Below are positions 1 through 10,188 of a stretch of DNA of 40,451 bases, piece by piece. The stretch covers positions 44,378,992 through 44,419,442 of the forward strand of contig NC_068996.1 in assembly GCF_001194135.2 (NCBI RefSeq). Direction: 5' to 3'. Under the pieces are notes generated by a model, which made no database searches, was not told the DNA's origin, and was given only the letters and a program-made list of their open reading frames with translations. The stretch is from Octopus bimaculoides. Taxonomy: Eukaryota. Positions within the stretch are counted from its first letter, which is position 1; the number at the start of each line of letters is the position of its first letter. Made by a program: the position numbers and the translations under genes.

Positions 1-2
1 AT

Positions 3-242
3 AGCTGGTCCCTCTATTGGGTCGACATAAGGCAGGCTCTCTTTCTCCCATTCATTCTCTTTATTAAGCAATCTATCGTAGTGGCATCTCCAGACCTCTT
101 TCTTTGCATCCTCATTTAATGCAAGCGTACCATCATCCATGCGAACACATTTCTCTCCTACAACATCACTTTTCTCTCTCCTACACTGTCTTGCAACACG
201 AAATACCTCGAGTCTTTGGTCCTCACGGCGCAGAACATTGGC
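3..242 (-). mobile_element. RTE-clade LINE fragment (ORF region between endonuclease and RT), frame open, runs off the window start
   Basis: Hand translation of the minus strand gives 80 stop-free codons: ANVLRREDQRLEVFRVARQCRREKSDVVGEKCVRMDDGTLALNEDAKKEVWRCHYDRLLNKENEWEKESLPYVDPIEGPA. The VVGEKC...W..HY.RLLN.E..W pattern is typical of RTE ORFs. It is absent from the ORF track because there is no ATG. It ends at a (TA)n tract. Confidence 0.85.
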
Positions 243-243
243 A

Positions 244-280
<37 letters not shown>

Positions 281-283
<3 letters not shown>

Positions 284-563
284 TGGTGGACTGGCCAGGT
301 TGCCAGCTTACCTGATAGCAAGTGGGCTCCTGCACCATTAGAATCCATATATAGAGTCTAAGGGCCTCGTCACCTCAAGTTTGAGAACTTTTTATTCACT
401 CCTGGAAGAATGCATTAATTATTTCAGCCTGGCTGTGCCTGCAGACAATTGAAAAGAATACTTTTAACAAAAGAAAAAAGAAAATTAAATGATAGCCTTG
501 TAGTTGTGGGTGGTACCCCTTAGTCTCCTGACAACCTATATTCTTAGACCCAGTCTGCCACTG
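281..563. mobile_element. Non-autonomous DNA transposon (MITE) with ~15-bp terminal inverted repeats
   Basis: Left end CAGTGGTGGACTGGC (281). Right end CCCAGTCTGCCACTG (549-563), reverse complement CAGTGGCAGACTGGG. Sits inside a TA/CA microsatellite, so the TSD is not resolvable. Confidence 0.6.
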
Positions 564-608
<45 letters not shown>

Positions 609-706
609 ATATTTGTGGATGGTCATATTTTTGCCAATTAGCCACAAGCACTGTATGCTAGGTCTTCTCTTCAACTTTATGATTATTCCTTATTTTAGTG
701 TCCTTT

Positions 707-838
707 GTCCGAAATCTATAGTCACACATCCTGTGACCTCTTCAATGACTCTCTATCCCATGTGTCTCCTCCTGTCCTGTTTCGTCCATTTCTGTCAGAA
801 AGAAAGAATGGACTAAACAGGACAGGAGACACACATGT
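707..838 (-). repeat. Penelope-like repeat with a degenerate hammerhead motif and adjacent hairpin; same family as 34621-34710
   Basis: Minus strand reads GAGTCA-TTGAAGA-GGTCACA-GGA-TGTGTGAC-TATAGATTTC-GGAC-AAAGG, which aligns to the + strand at 34661-34710. A local inverted repeat at 759-838 pairs CCTGTCCTGTTT with AAACAGGACAGG. Confidence 0.45.
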
Positions 839-1091
839 GGTATGGAGAGTTGCTGTAAAGGTCTCAGGTTGTGTGATGAAAGATTTTAAAAAAAAAAGGC
901 CTCTAAAATAAGAATAATAATTATAAAGCTGAAGTGAAGAACAAAGATATAGTGCATGGGGTTAACTGGCAAAAAATATGACCATCCCCAAATATAATAT
1001 TTGTTTCAACACACAATTTCACATCAAGAATCTTACAAAACAAATACTTAAATATATATATGTATGTGTGTGTGTATATATATGTGTGCAT

Positions 1092-1286
1092 TATTATGAT
1101 TGACCGTTGACTGAACACTATTCAATTTTTTTTCTCCATGTTTTTCTCCTTGTCTCCGTATTCTTTCTGTTGAAGAGCGTAGCTCGAAACGTCAAAGACT
1201 TTCCGTATTCCTGAGCGTCATACTAATATATCCTTTTGTTATTTACACCACCTGTCCTCGTCTGTTGTTATTATTTGTATATTCTC

Positions 1287-1290
<4 letters not shown>
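1092..1290 (+). repeat. Penelope-like interspersed repeat, copy 1 (copy 2 at ~26195-26385)
   Basis: Shares GTTGAAGAGCGTA(G/A)CTCGAAACGTCAAAGACTTT...TACACCACCTGTC(C/T)TCGTCT with 26195-26385. Confidence 0.65.
1162..1198 (+). ncRNA. Minimal hammerhead-ribozyme-like motif (variant core CUGUUGA)
   Basis: Stem I TCTTT/AAAGA; core CTGTTGA plus one extra A; stem II GAGC-GTA-GCTC; GAAA; palindromic ACGT in place of stem III; GUC cleavage triplet. Core position 6 is U rather than the canonical A. Confidence 0.5.
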
Positions 1291-1329
<39 letters not shown>

Positions 1330-1543
1330 CAAACACATTCATTTAGTTGTGCATTCATATGTATTCATAAACCTATGACATTCTTTTTCGGTGTGCATGT
1401 ATAAATATGTATGTGAATCTTCCAATATATACACCTCTCTCACCCTGTCTTCTCTTCTTCCATATTTCCATCCTTCAGTCTCTCCCCTCCCCCTCTCTAT
1501 ATATAATGTGTGTATGTATGTATAAGCTTATATGTGAGTGTAT

Positions 1544-1592
<49 letters not shown>

Positions 1593-1595
1593 AGA

Positions 1596-1690
1596 TCATC
1601 ATCATCATCGTTTAACGTCCGCTTTCCATGCTAGCATGGGTTGGACGATTTGACTGAGGACTGGTGAAACCGGATGGCAACACCAGGAGA
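1596..1690 (+). mobile_element. SINE-like repeat family S1 (CATCATCGTTTAACGTCCGCTTTCCATGCTAGCATGGG...), truncated copy
   Basis: The same sequence recurs at about 6274-6462, 7366-7483, 9852-10110, 13505-13930 and 14098-14545. Confidence 0.75.
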
Positions 1691-1898
1691 TATAGATACT
1701 TATATATCTATACCCAAGTGTGTATGCATATAAATATACTTGTATGGATGGATGTACATGCATATATCTATTTATACTTACATGTATATATAAACATTTA
1801 TATATGTGTGTATACATACATCTATAACTTTACATGTAATATATACATATANNNNNNNNNNATATGTATACACTTATTTATTTGCATATGTATATTTA

Positions 1899-1937
<39 letters not shown>

Positions 1938-2159
1938 ACATAAATCCGTATCTATATACTTGCATCTGTGTTTTTGTGTCTCTGCAAATGCAAAGGGAGA
2001 TTGTGAGGAATTTGGTTTGACAAAGTACATGAAGGAATCATACAACACTTCCTTTACAGGATTTTGTCTCTTAATCTCAGCTTATTTCATTTCTATAAAT
2101 GCTTCTCCTTTCTCTGTAAATGTGAGTTTAAGCATTTTTACACATATGTAACTGTGTGC

Positions 2160-2839
2160 ATCGTGTATTTGTAGATGTATGCCCTTGTGTGTGCATGTGT
2201 GTTGTCATACATGTATATATATGTGTGTGTATGTGTGTGTGTATGCTTGTATATTTACATACATGTGTGTCTGTATGTGTCTGGATGCTTGCATATAGGT
2301 ATGCATATGTTTGTAAGTGTGTGAATGTGTGTATGCATATTTATGTTATGCTAAGTTAATTGAATGTCTTCGTGTGTGTACACATCTGTCTCTCTATAAG
2401 TTTGTCTATTTGTCAGTCTATATATATGTCTGTCTGTCTGTCTGTCTGTCCACTTTATCTATCTATCTATCTATCTGTCTATCTGTCTATCTCCTTATTT
2501 ATCTCCCTATCTGTCTCCCTATCTGTCTCCCTGTCTGCTTCCCTGTCTGTCTGCTTCCCTGTCTGTCTGTTTCCCTGTCTGTCTGTCTCACTGTCTGTCT
2601 GTCTCACTGTCTGTCTGTTTCCCTGTCTGTGTGTCTCACTGTCTCACTGTCTGTCTGTCTGTCTCACTGTCTGTCTATGGTTATCTGTGTGTGTGTATAT
2701 GTGTGCGGATATTTACAACTACATGTCTTTGTAGACAAGGATATATTTGTGTATGTATATGGATATATATATTTTTGTATGTACATATATATTTGTGTAT
2801 ATATATATTTGTGTGTATATATATATTTGTGTATGTATA

Positions 2840-2890
<51 letters not shown>

Positions 2891-2899
2891 ACATATATT

Positions 2900-2942
<43 letters not shown>

Positions 2943-3115
2943 GTGTGCATACATATATTTGTGTGTGCATATATATATGTGTGTGTGTGTGTATATATAT
3001 ATGACTGTTTGTGCATGGAGCTACATCTCTTCCTTTGTGCATGTATGTGTATGCATGTTTCCATCTATATATGTGCATATATGGATATTTACATCTACAT
3101 TTGTGTTACTTGTGC

Positions 3116-3167
<52 letters not shown>

Positions 3168-3241
3168 NNNNNNNNNNNNNNNNNNNNNNNNNNNNNNNNN
3201 NNNNNNNNNNNNNNNNNNNNNNNNNNNNNNNNNNNNNNNNN

Positions 3242-3283
<42 letters not shown>

Positions 3284-3290
3284 ATACATG
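2160..3290. repeat. Compound microsatellite field: (TG)n, (CTGT)n, (TATC)n, (TA)n
   Basis: Directly visible. It produces the overlapping [12 protein letters not shown] ORFs. Confidence 0.95.
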
Positions 3291-3435
3291 ATACAACTAT
3301 AATCATTTGTGTGTGTCTATATAGAAATTGCTTTGATGGATTATTTATTTTGAATTTATGCAGTATTTAAAAGGTTTATATTGGTTTTCTATATTTATGT
3401 ACACACATACTTACAAACACATGTATATGCATGCC

Positions 3436-3469
<34 letters not shown>

Positions 3470-3650
3470 TGCACATACGTTTGTGTACATATGCATCTGT
3501 GTGAAACATACGTATAAATATATGAATGTGGATATATATGTGTACGCATTTTGGATTTATGTTTTTTTACAAATGATACACACACACACACATACACACA
3601 TATATACATACATACACATATTTATTTAAATGGAGATAGTCATGGTTGGT

Positions 3651-3720
3651 TTATAGGGTTATCCTAGGTTTCACATCCATAAAGCACTTAGCTTTACCAC
3701 GTCTCGTCAGATTCATAATT
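3651..3720 (-). ncRNA. Type I hammerhead-ribozyme-like motif, copy A (core boxes intact)
   Basis: Minus strand: TTATGAAT-CTGACGA-G-ACGTGGTAAAGC-TAAGT-GCTTTATGGATGT-GAAA-CC-TAG-G-ATA-ACCCTATAA. CUGACGA (3710-3704) and GAAA are intact and stem II is long, but stems I and III carry mismatches. Homologous to 23999-24067. Confidence 0.65.
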
Positions 3721-3774
3721 TACTGACAATACATATATTATATATGTAAATATATGCTTACACTTACACATCTA

Positions 3775-3819
<45 letters not shown>

Positions 3820-4478
3820 AGAGAGAGAGGAGTGATCAAAGAATTGTACCTGTGTATGTAGTCACTGTAGAGATGTGTGTATTATATATATATATATATA
3901 TATATATGTGTATATGTATATATATAAAAAGAAACTGACAATAAAGTATGGTATATGCTTATATACACTCCAGTCTCTTTAGTCTTATATTAATTTTGAG
4001 TATGTTGTGTCTTACGCACTAAACTTACCTAAGAGAGAAAAACAACGGTTTAAGCTTATGATAAGTCTTTGGGGGAATTCTATACTATGATTGAAACAGC
4101 ATCTTCTTAGTAACAAGAGTAAAGCAAGCACAAGAATCAAGTTTTCAAATGTGCAGAGGGCATCATCATGGTAGTTTCCAGTAAACTCCTTTTTGGATTA
4201 TTGTCAAAAAAGAAGCACCATTATTTATATATTTGTTTTGTTTTTTTCTCTTACTTGTTTCAGTCATTATACTGTGGCCATCCTGGGGCACCATGTCAAA
4301 GAATTTTTTAGTCAAATGAATTGAACCTGCTGCTTTTTATTTTTAAAACATAGTACTTATTCTATTGGTCTCTTATGCTGAACTGCAACTTACTCCCTCC
4401 TCTCATACTTGTACCAAAATTTGATTTTTTAAAAGTTTATTTATTGTTTTTTGTCTTTTTTTTTTTTACTTTGAACAG

Positions 4479-4619
4479 TGAAAATGGTTAAAGACTTGCC
4501 ATTCCTTCAATATCACGAACAGCCTACCATTGCAATCATCACCAGCCTTTACTCTGAGAAACTGGCTGTAGATGCCATGATTGACAACAAATCTACTTAT
4601 TTCAAGAACAAAACGGATG
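4479..4619 (+). CDS. Internal coding exon (141 nt, phase 1-1) of a nucleoside-phosphorylase-like (PNP_UDP_1) domain protein
   Basis: Long T-rich tract with CAG acceptor (AG 4477-4478) and G|GTAAGT donor (GT 4620-4621). The frame is open: KMVKDLPFLQYHEQPTIAIITSLYSEKLAVDAMIDNKSTYFKNKTD(G). PTIAIIT..Y.EKLAVDAM matches, from memory, the first strand/helix of a conserved uncharacterised invertebrate PNP_UDP_1-domain protein family. Not verified by search. Confidence 0.85.
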
Positions 4620-5022
4620 GTAAGTTTTGAAATATTTTTATAAAATTTGTTTCTTGTCTATTTTGATATTTTGGCATCTTAATACCATTCTTCTATCATT
4701 TATAGGCTTTCATTAGTAAATAAATGTACATGTACCAGACACATGTGCTTATATATGTATGTATGTATATATATATATATATATATATATTATTACAATT
4801 AGAAGGGTAAAGGATTATCAATTTATTAATAAATTAATAATTAATAATTTTTACCATGGCTAGTTTAGTTCATTATTTTTCTTATTGTTTTGCCTATGTG
4901 AGCTGTGGGTAACTGCTATCTGTTGGAGGTTCAGCATTTTTAGCTGCTATTTCTGAACTTCGGTATGTGGTGAAGCAACCTGTTGCTGATCCCTTAATTT
5001 TGTTTGTATATATATATATATA

Positions 5023-5534
5023 CTAGCCTTGAAGCCGCCCTTTGGGCAGCATTTAAGATGGCTCCTGCAGAGGGTATCTTTGAGGCCCTTGGCCTTCTAC
5101 CCTTGTTTAATGAAACTTATTCCTGCAAAATTATTCTGCTAAGCATTGATGCTGATCATAGTTTAATCAATAAGCATAGAAAAGAGGTAAATGCAGTAAA
5201 GATAGGAGCGGGTCACTGAGGCCCCATTTAAACGGCTCTTCAGAAATTGAATCTTCTTACGATACTCCCTGGGAGTTCATGGTATGAAATTCATTGTCAT
5301 TGCTCCCGTTTCATTGCCAATGCCATGCATTTAGTTTAAAATGCAGTAAAAAGTAGTGGGAGGGGAAGGTGTCAGTGGGATTTCAATTAGGCACCCCTTA
5401 AAAAAAATAGACCCCCTGAGTTTAAGGGAAGTTGCTGGTTTGAGTTTTGTTGTCCTTGCACCAACTGTCTTGGAAGAGTTAATGAACATAAAAATGTAAC
5501 GGACACAGGAACATCACTCGAATTTATATTAAGA
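5023..5534 (-). mobile_element. Non-autonomous Helitron-like element
   Basis: Minus-strand 3' end has the GC hairpin GCTGCCC-AAA-GGGCGGC, 7 nt, then CTAG|T (CTAG at 5023-5026). Putative 5' end is TCTTAATATAAAT at 5534; it is preceded by T rather than A, so this end is less certain. Confidence 0.65.
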
Positions 5535-5588
5535 AACTAAATATGAAACCAATGGTTTTTTTCTAAATCTGTTACTTTACACATACAG

Positions 5589-5637
<49 letters not shown>

Positions 5638-6216
5638 AATAGATGTTCTCAGTGAGCGACAATTTTACTATTCAGTGTTTTGCTCTTGTTGTTAATCCCA
5701 TTAAATTCCCACATAGAATTGTAAAGCAGTTTGAGGAGGGCTATAATGCAATATAAAGAGCACATCAAAAATGAGAGAAATGAGCTTGAACTTGGTGCTC
5801 TTTTATTCAATATTTGGTAACACATGATGTCATCCAATAAGAATTGCATTATGCATGTATGTATGTATGTAGTCAAACTGAGGTTGTAATTTCCTTTTTA
5901 GGGATTATGACATCCAGAGATCAACTGGTGTTATTGATGATATATTGAGAGAATTTTCACAATATATAGGGATAAACAGTCTAATTCATAGTTATATTTA
6001 TAAGAAAATGGAGAAAAATATATAGTGGATAGTTATTTTATTTGTATCATGATAAAAACATAGCAAACCATTTATGTAGGCACTTTTTATGCTTTTTTTT
6101 TGTCAGTTTATGTTTCTTTTAATTTTATTTGCATTAAATGGTTTGCTATTTTTTTTTATTGTGATACAAATAATATAAGTATCCACTATATATTTTTCTC
6201 TATTTTCTTATGAATA

Positions 6217-6273
<57 letters not shown>

Positions 6274-6275
<2 letters not shown>

Positions 6276-6462
6276 TCATCGTCGTTTAACATCCGCTTTC
6301 CATACTAGCATGGGTTAGACGATTTGACTGAGGACTGGTGGACCAGGAGGCGACACCAGGCTCCAATCTGATTTGACAGAGTTTCTACAGCTGGATGCCC
6401 TTCCTAACGCCAACCACTCTGAGAGTGTAGTGGGTGCTTTTATGTGCCACCAGCACGAGGGG
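6274..6462 (+). mobile_element. SINE-like repeat family S1 copy
   Basis: Matches the 1596-1690 and 13505-13700 copies. Confidence 0.75.
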
Positions 6463-6534
6463 CATATATATATATATAATAGAGATAAAAATCCCAAATT
6501 ACAAAATTGGTTTTTGAATATATATTTATATAAA

Positions 6535-6812
6535 GGATGATCCCCTTCAGTCATGAATGACCATGGGATCGCACCTAGAAAGTTACCCTCCAAGGCACAA
6601 GTTCGGGCATGGTTGTTTATGGAAGACCAGCAGTCGCCCATGCATACCAGTCTCTCCTCTCCATGCAACCAATGTTATCCAAAGGGTCGATGCAGCTTGG
6701 TACCAGTGACATCGCAACTCATTTCTACAGCTGAGTGAACTGGAGCAATGTGAAACAAAGTGTCTTGCTCAAGAACACAACATGCAGCCTGGTCTGGGAA
6801 TCGAACTTACAA
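6535..6812 (-). mobile_element. tRNA-derived SINE (family S4) with a CORE/MIR-like segment
   Basis: Minus-strand B-box-like GTTCGATTCCCAGACC, shared with the head at 30287-30333. Segment AAGTGTCTTGCTCAAGAACACAAC resembles the CORE-SINE domain. Confidence 0.55.
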
Positions 6813-6946
6813 CAAACGAACAGTCTGATTTTAGAGAGTAGTCTGACATGGATAATGTCTAAAAATCTAGGATAGTCACCACTGGAATGTCTTCTATCAT
6901 AGTGACTAAAACACTACAGTGACAACAATATCATTGGACTCTTTGG

Positions 6947-6988
<42 letters not shown>

Positions 6989-7037
6989 GGATATTGTAGT
7001 TTGTTGGAAGCATTGTGTATTGTTTGTGAAATGTAAC

Positions 7038-7350
7038 GTGTCTGGAATGGTACAGTAATACAGAGTAGACTATAATAACTGTTATAAATAGTTTAATTAT
7101 TCATAGTGTAATATAATATTTTGGAATATAAGAATTCCTTCTTTAGAGATTGCTAGGAAGTAACGAAGTCACTGTTATAGTTGGTTTTCTAATGGTTAGA
7201 AAACTTACTATAACAGTGACTCCGTTACTTCCAAGCAATCTCTGAAGAAGGAATTTTTATATTCCGAAATATTATATTAGATTATGAATAATTAAGTTAT
7301 TTATAGCAGTTATTATAGTTCACTCTGCATTGTTGTGCCATTCAAGACAC
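7038..7350. repeat. Long palindrome / foldback element (155-nt arms, 3-nt loop)
   Basis: Arms 7038-7192 and 7196-7350 pair without indels around TGG (7193-7195). 19 mismatches by hand count, about 88% identity. Confidence 0.95.
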
Positions 7351-8155
7351 ATTATTTATATATATGCCAGTGCTGCCGAACTGGCTCCTGTGCAGGTGGC
7401 ACGTAAAATACACCATTTTGAATGTGGCTGTTGCCAGTACCGCCTGACAGGCCTTCGTGCCGGTGGCACATAAAAGCACCCACNNNNNNNNNNAGAGAAA
7501 TAGAGGATTATTTATATATGTTATAATTTAGAACAAACAGTAAATTGTCATTATAGTTAAGATTAAAGACTAAACACAACTTGCAAGATCAGTGACATAG
7601 TGTACAGCTTGAACCAATAAACCATCTAGTCAGACATTTTATTCCAATGTCTCAACCAATTCAAAGTTTTTCGTTAAACACAGTACCGAATTTGCAATAG
7701 TCTTTCCACGAAAAGACGTTGAATGCACAAAGCAACAGTGAACGCTTATAGTTCGCTTGTTAACATGTCAAATGAAATTAACTGTAGTTTAAAATGTTTC
7801 AATTAAGAATTAAGAAATGGGGGCATCTGGAAAGCTACAATGGAAGTAATTTATAATTTATTGCTTGAAAACTGCCAACTGTCTTCTGACAGCTACATGA
7901 GTCTTGGAGACAGAAGATAGAGTGGAAGAGAGTGTAGAATTTTAAATTCTTTAAATATGAAATAAATAGTTGTTGTTGTTACTGCTACTATTCTGTTTGT
8001 TGTTATATTGACAAAAATGAGTGGTGGCAGTAGTAGTAATGATAATGATAATACTGATGATAATTCAGTTCTGTATTTAAGAGATGAGGAATTGTGTACA
8101 TTATTTACATTATTTACATTTGACGGATATTTGTCCTGATCTTTTTTTTGTTGTT

Positions 8156-8201
8156 AACACAACATTTCGTCTGATATACCCTCCAGCCTTCATCAGGTGT
8201 C
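8156..8201 (-). ncRNA. Minimal Penelope-type hammerhead motif (core boxes intact)
   Basis: GACAC-CTGATGA-A-GGCTGG-AGGGTATA-TCAGAC-GAAA-T-GTT-GTGTT. Stem I GACAC/GTGTT, extra A after the core, one stem II mismatch, GUU triplet. Confidence 0.6.
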
Positions 8202-8346
8202 TTGGGGAAATTTTGAACCTGGGTTCTCATTCCTAAGGTATTTTCGATGTTATTATCATTATTATTCAGGTCACTGCCTGGAATCAAACTCAGAATCTTG
8301 GGATTAGTAGCCCGTGCTCTTAACCACTACGCCATATGCCCGTGAA

Positions 8347-8384
<38 letters not shown>

Positions 8385-8454
8385 GAAGAAGAAGAAGAAG
8401 AAGAACATCGAAATCTACTTTAGGAATGAGAACCCAGATTCGAAATTTCCCCAA

Positions 8455-8500
8455 GACACCTGATGAAGGGTGGATGGTATATCAGCCAAAACATTGTGTT
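8455..8500 (+). ncRNA. Minimal hammerhead motif in the inverted arm, degenerate (GAAA changed to AAAA)
   Basis: GACAC-CTGATGA-A-GGGTGG-ATGGTATA-TCAGCC-AAAA-C-ATT-GTGTT. The catalytic G12 position (8488) is A. Confidence 0.5.
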
Positions 8501-8547
8501 AACAACAAACAAGATGAAGACAAATATCCGTCAAATGTAAATAATGT

Positions 8548-8775
8548 GCTGATGATAATTGTTTTTAAATTTTGGCACATAGTCAGCAAGTTTGGGGGTT
8601 GGGGTGTAAATCAATTACCTCAACTCCAGTATGCAACTGGTACTTATCTTATTGACCCCGAAATGATGAAAGGCAAAGTCGATTCAGCAGAATTTGAACT
8701 CAGAGCGTAAAGATGGACGAAATACTGCTAAGCATGTTACCTGGCATGCTAATGATTCTACCAGCTCACCACTTT
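8548..8775 (-). mobile_element. tRNA-derived SINE family S3 (AGGTGGTGAGCTGGCAGAATC...GAGTTCAAATTC...), copy
   Basis: Family also seen at about 10189-10414, 10468-10525, 12422-13040, 14725-14925, 29540-29715 and 30345-30560. Confidence 0.75.
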
Positions 8776-8821
8776 GAGAATAATAATAATAATAATAATT
8801 ATAATTATAATAATAAGGTTT

Positions 8822-9827
8822 TAAAATTTGAAACATTATTGTCGTACATTTCACTTCACAGAGCTCTTGAATTCACTTGCTCTGGTTAATTCTGTGAGCT
8901 TGGACAACATTCTGTTGTCAGGGATCTGACTGGGTCTCTTTCTATCATACTTAACATCCAAGTACCAGTCTCAAAATCCTCTCTGTCCTCAATAAAGCAG
9001 TTTTCTGAGCATCTTCCACCCCAATTTCTCCAGCCTGGTTGTTAACACACCTGATGCCTCTACAACTACTGGGATGATAGTTATTTTCTATGTTACCCAC
9101 ATTCGTGCAATCTCATCTTTTAGTGGCTTGTACTTCTCAATATTTTCTGATTCTTTATTTTCCACTCGCACCCTAGCCCCCGCAGACATGGCAGTATCTA
9201 TGATCTTGGTTTCCTTCATCATTTAATCAACTACAACAATGTCTGGTCTCCAAGCATTAATCACCAAATCACGCTGGATTGTAAAATGCCACAAGATGTT
9301 CTACTCATTATTCTCAGTGACACCTTCTGGTTTATACTTGTATCTTTTCAATGAGCTTTCAAAATCGTACTTCTTTACACATTCTCCACTAAACATACCT
9401 GGTTACATTATCATACCTCCTTCTGTGTTCCCTTTGAGCCAGATTTCTACACTCACTCACAATGTGTGAGATTGTTACATTTTTGCTGCCACATAACATA
9501 CAAAAGAGTGATTCAATACTCTTATCTATTTGGAACTTGGTGTAATTAGTTATTAGTTAATTCAGTGCCACCTATCAATGCCTGAGTGCATCCATTCCTT
9601 AGCTACTTCCAGGTGTTTGCCTAGATGGGCAATACCTCAAAGAAATGGAATTATACCAACATACTCAAAACAATTCTATCAGTCCATCATCCTAAAAAGA
9701 TCATATATAACAGGCTGTAGTTAGGACTTGAGCTTATGAGCTTGTGATTAGATGTCTAGCGTCTTATCCTTGCAGTCATTGAATCTATTGTTGTTTTATG
9801 TAAAAGGACCTAATCAATAACATCAAT
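8822..9827 (-). mobile_element. Degenerate 3' part of an RLE-type non-LTR retrotransposon (R4/Dong-like)
   Basis: Minus-strand remnants: CCHC knuckle (MLCGSKNVTISHIVSECRNLAQREH) and RLE motifs (WHFTIQRDLVINAWRPDIVVVD; IIDTAM; EKYKPLKDEIARMW), with stops and frameshifts. (AAT)n tracts lie on both sides. Confidence 0.8.
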
Positions 9828-10188
9828 AATAATAATAATAATGATAATTTATTGACTGTTGTCCATGCTGGCATGGGTTGTATGGTTTGACCAGAGCTGG
9901 CAAGCTGGGGAGCCGCCCCAGACTCCAGTTTGATTTAGTATGGTTTCTATGTCCGGATGCCTCCCCTAATGCCAACCACTTTACAAAGTGTGCTGGATGC
10001 TTTTAACATGGCACCACAGGGGCGTTTTTAAGTGGCACTGACTGCATGGGCACTTTAACGTGTCAGTGCCAGGAGTGCTTTTCGCCACCAGATGTACTGG
10101 TCTTAACACTTCTGCTGTGGAGTACAGATCTTCTTGAGTACAACAACAATAGTAATAATAATAGTTTGATAATAATAATAATAATGAT

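Larger units (their letters stand above)
8063..8547 (-). mobile_element. Composite element: tRNA-derived Pol III head followed by a Penelope-like body with a hammerhead motif, plus an inverted partial copy of the body
   Basis: Inverted arms 8107-8250 and 8405-8547. Between them lies a minus-strand tRNA-like head (A box TGGCGTAGTGG at 8334-8324, B box GAGTTTGATTCC at 8291-8280) and an (AAT)n(AAG)n tract. Confidence 0.75.

Noticed and set aside
1646-1680. CTGAGGA-CTGGT-GAAAC-CGG in SINE family S1 resembling a hammerhead core
   Set aside because: Only 5 nt separate the boxes so stem II cannot form, there is no NUH triplet and no stem I.
1407-3629. Many overlapping ORFs of 60-324 aa (YIYI, CVCV, HTHT, LSVC)
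   Set aside because: They are translations of di- and tetranucleotide microsatellites, which lack stops in some frames.
5004-5219. 71-aa ORF with non-repetitive sequence
   Set aside because: It starts in a (TA)n tract, lies antisense within a Helitron-like element, and has no recognisable domain or splice signals.
7866-7889. AAACTGCCAACTGTC = KLPTV, similar to a motif expected in the next exon of the host gene
   Set aside because: It is bounded by in-frame TGA codons on both sides and has no acceptor.
8265-8341. tRNA-like sequences here and at 18864-18930 and 30287-30333
   Set aside because: They have A and B boxes but no complete cloverleaf, and they continue into repeat bodies; treated as SINE heads, not tRNA genes.
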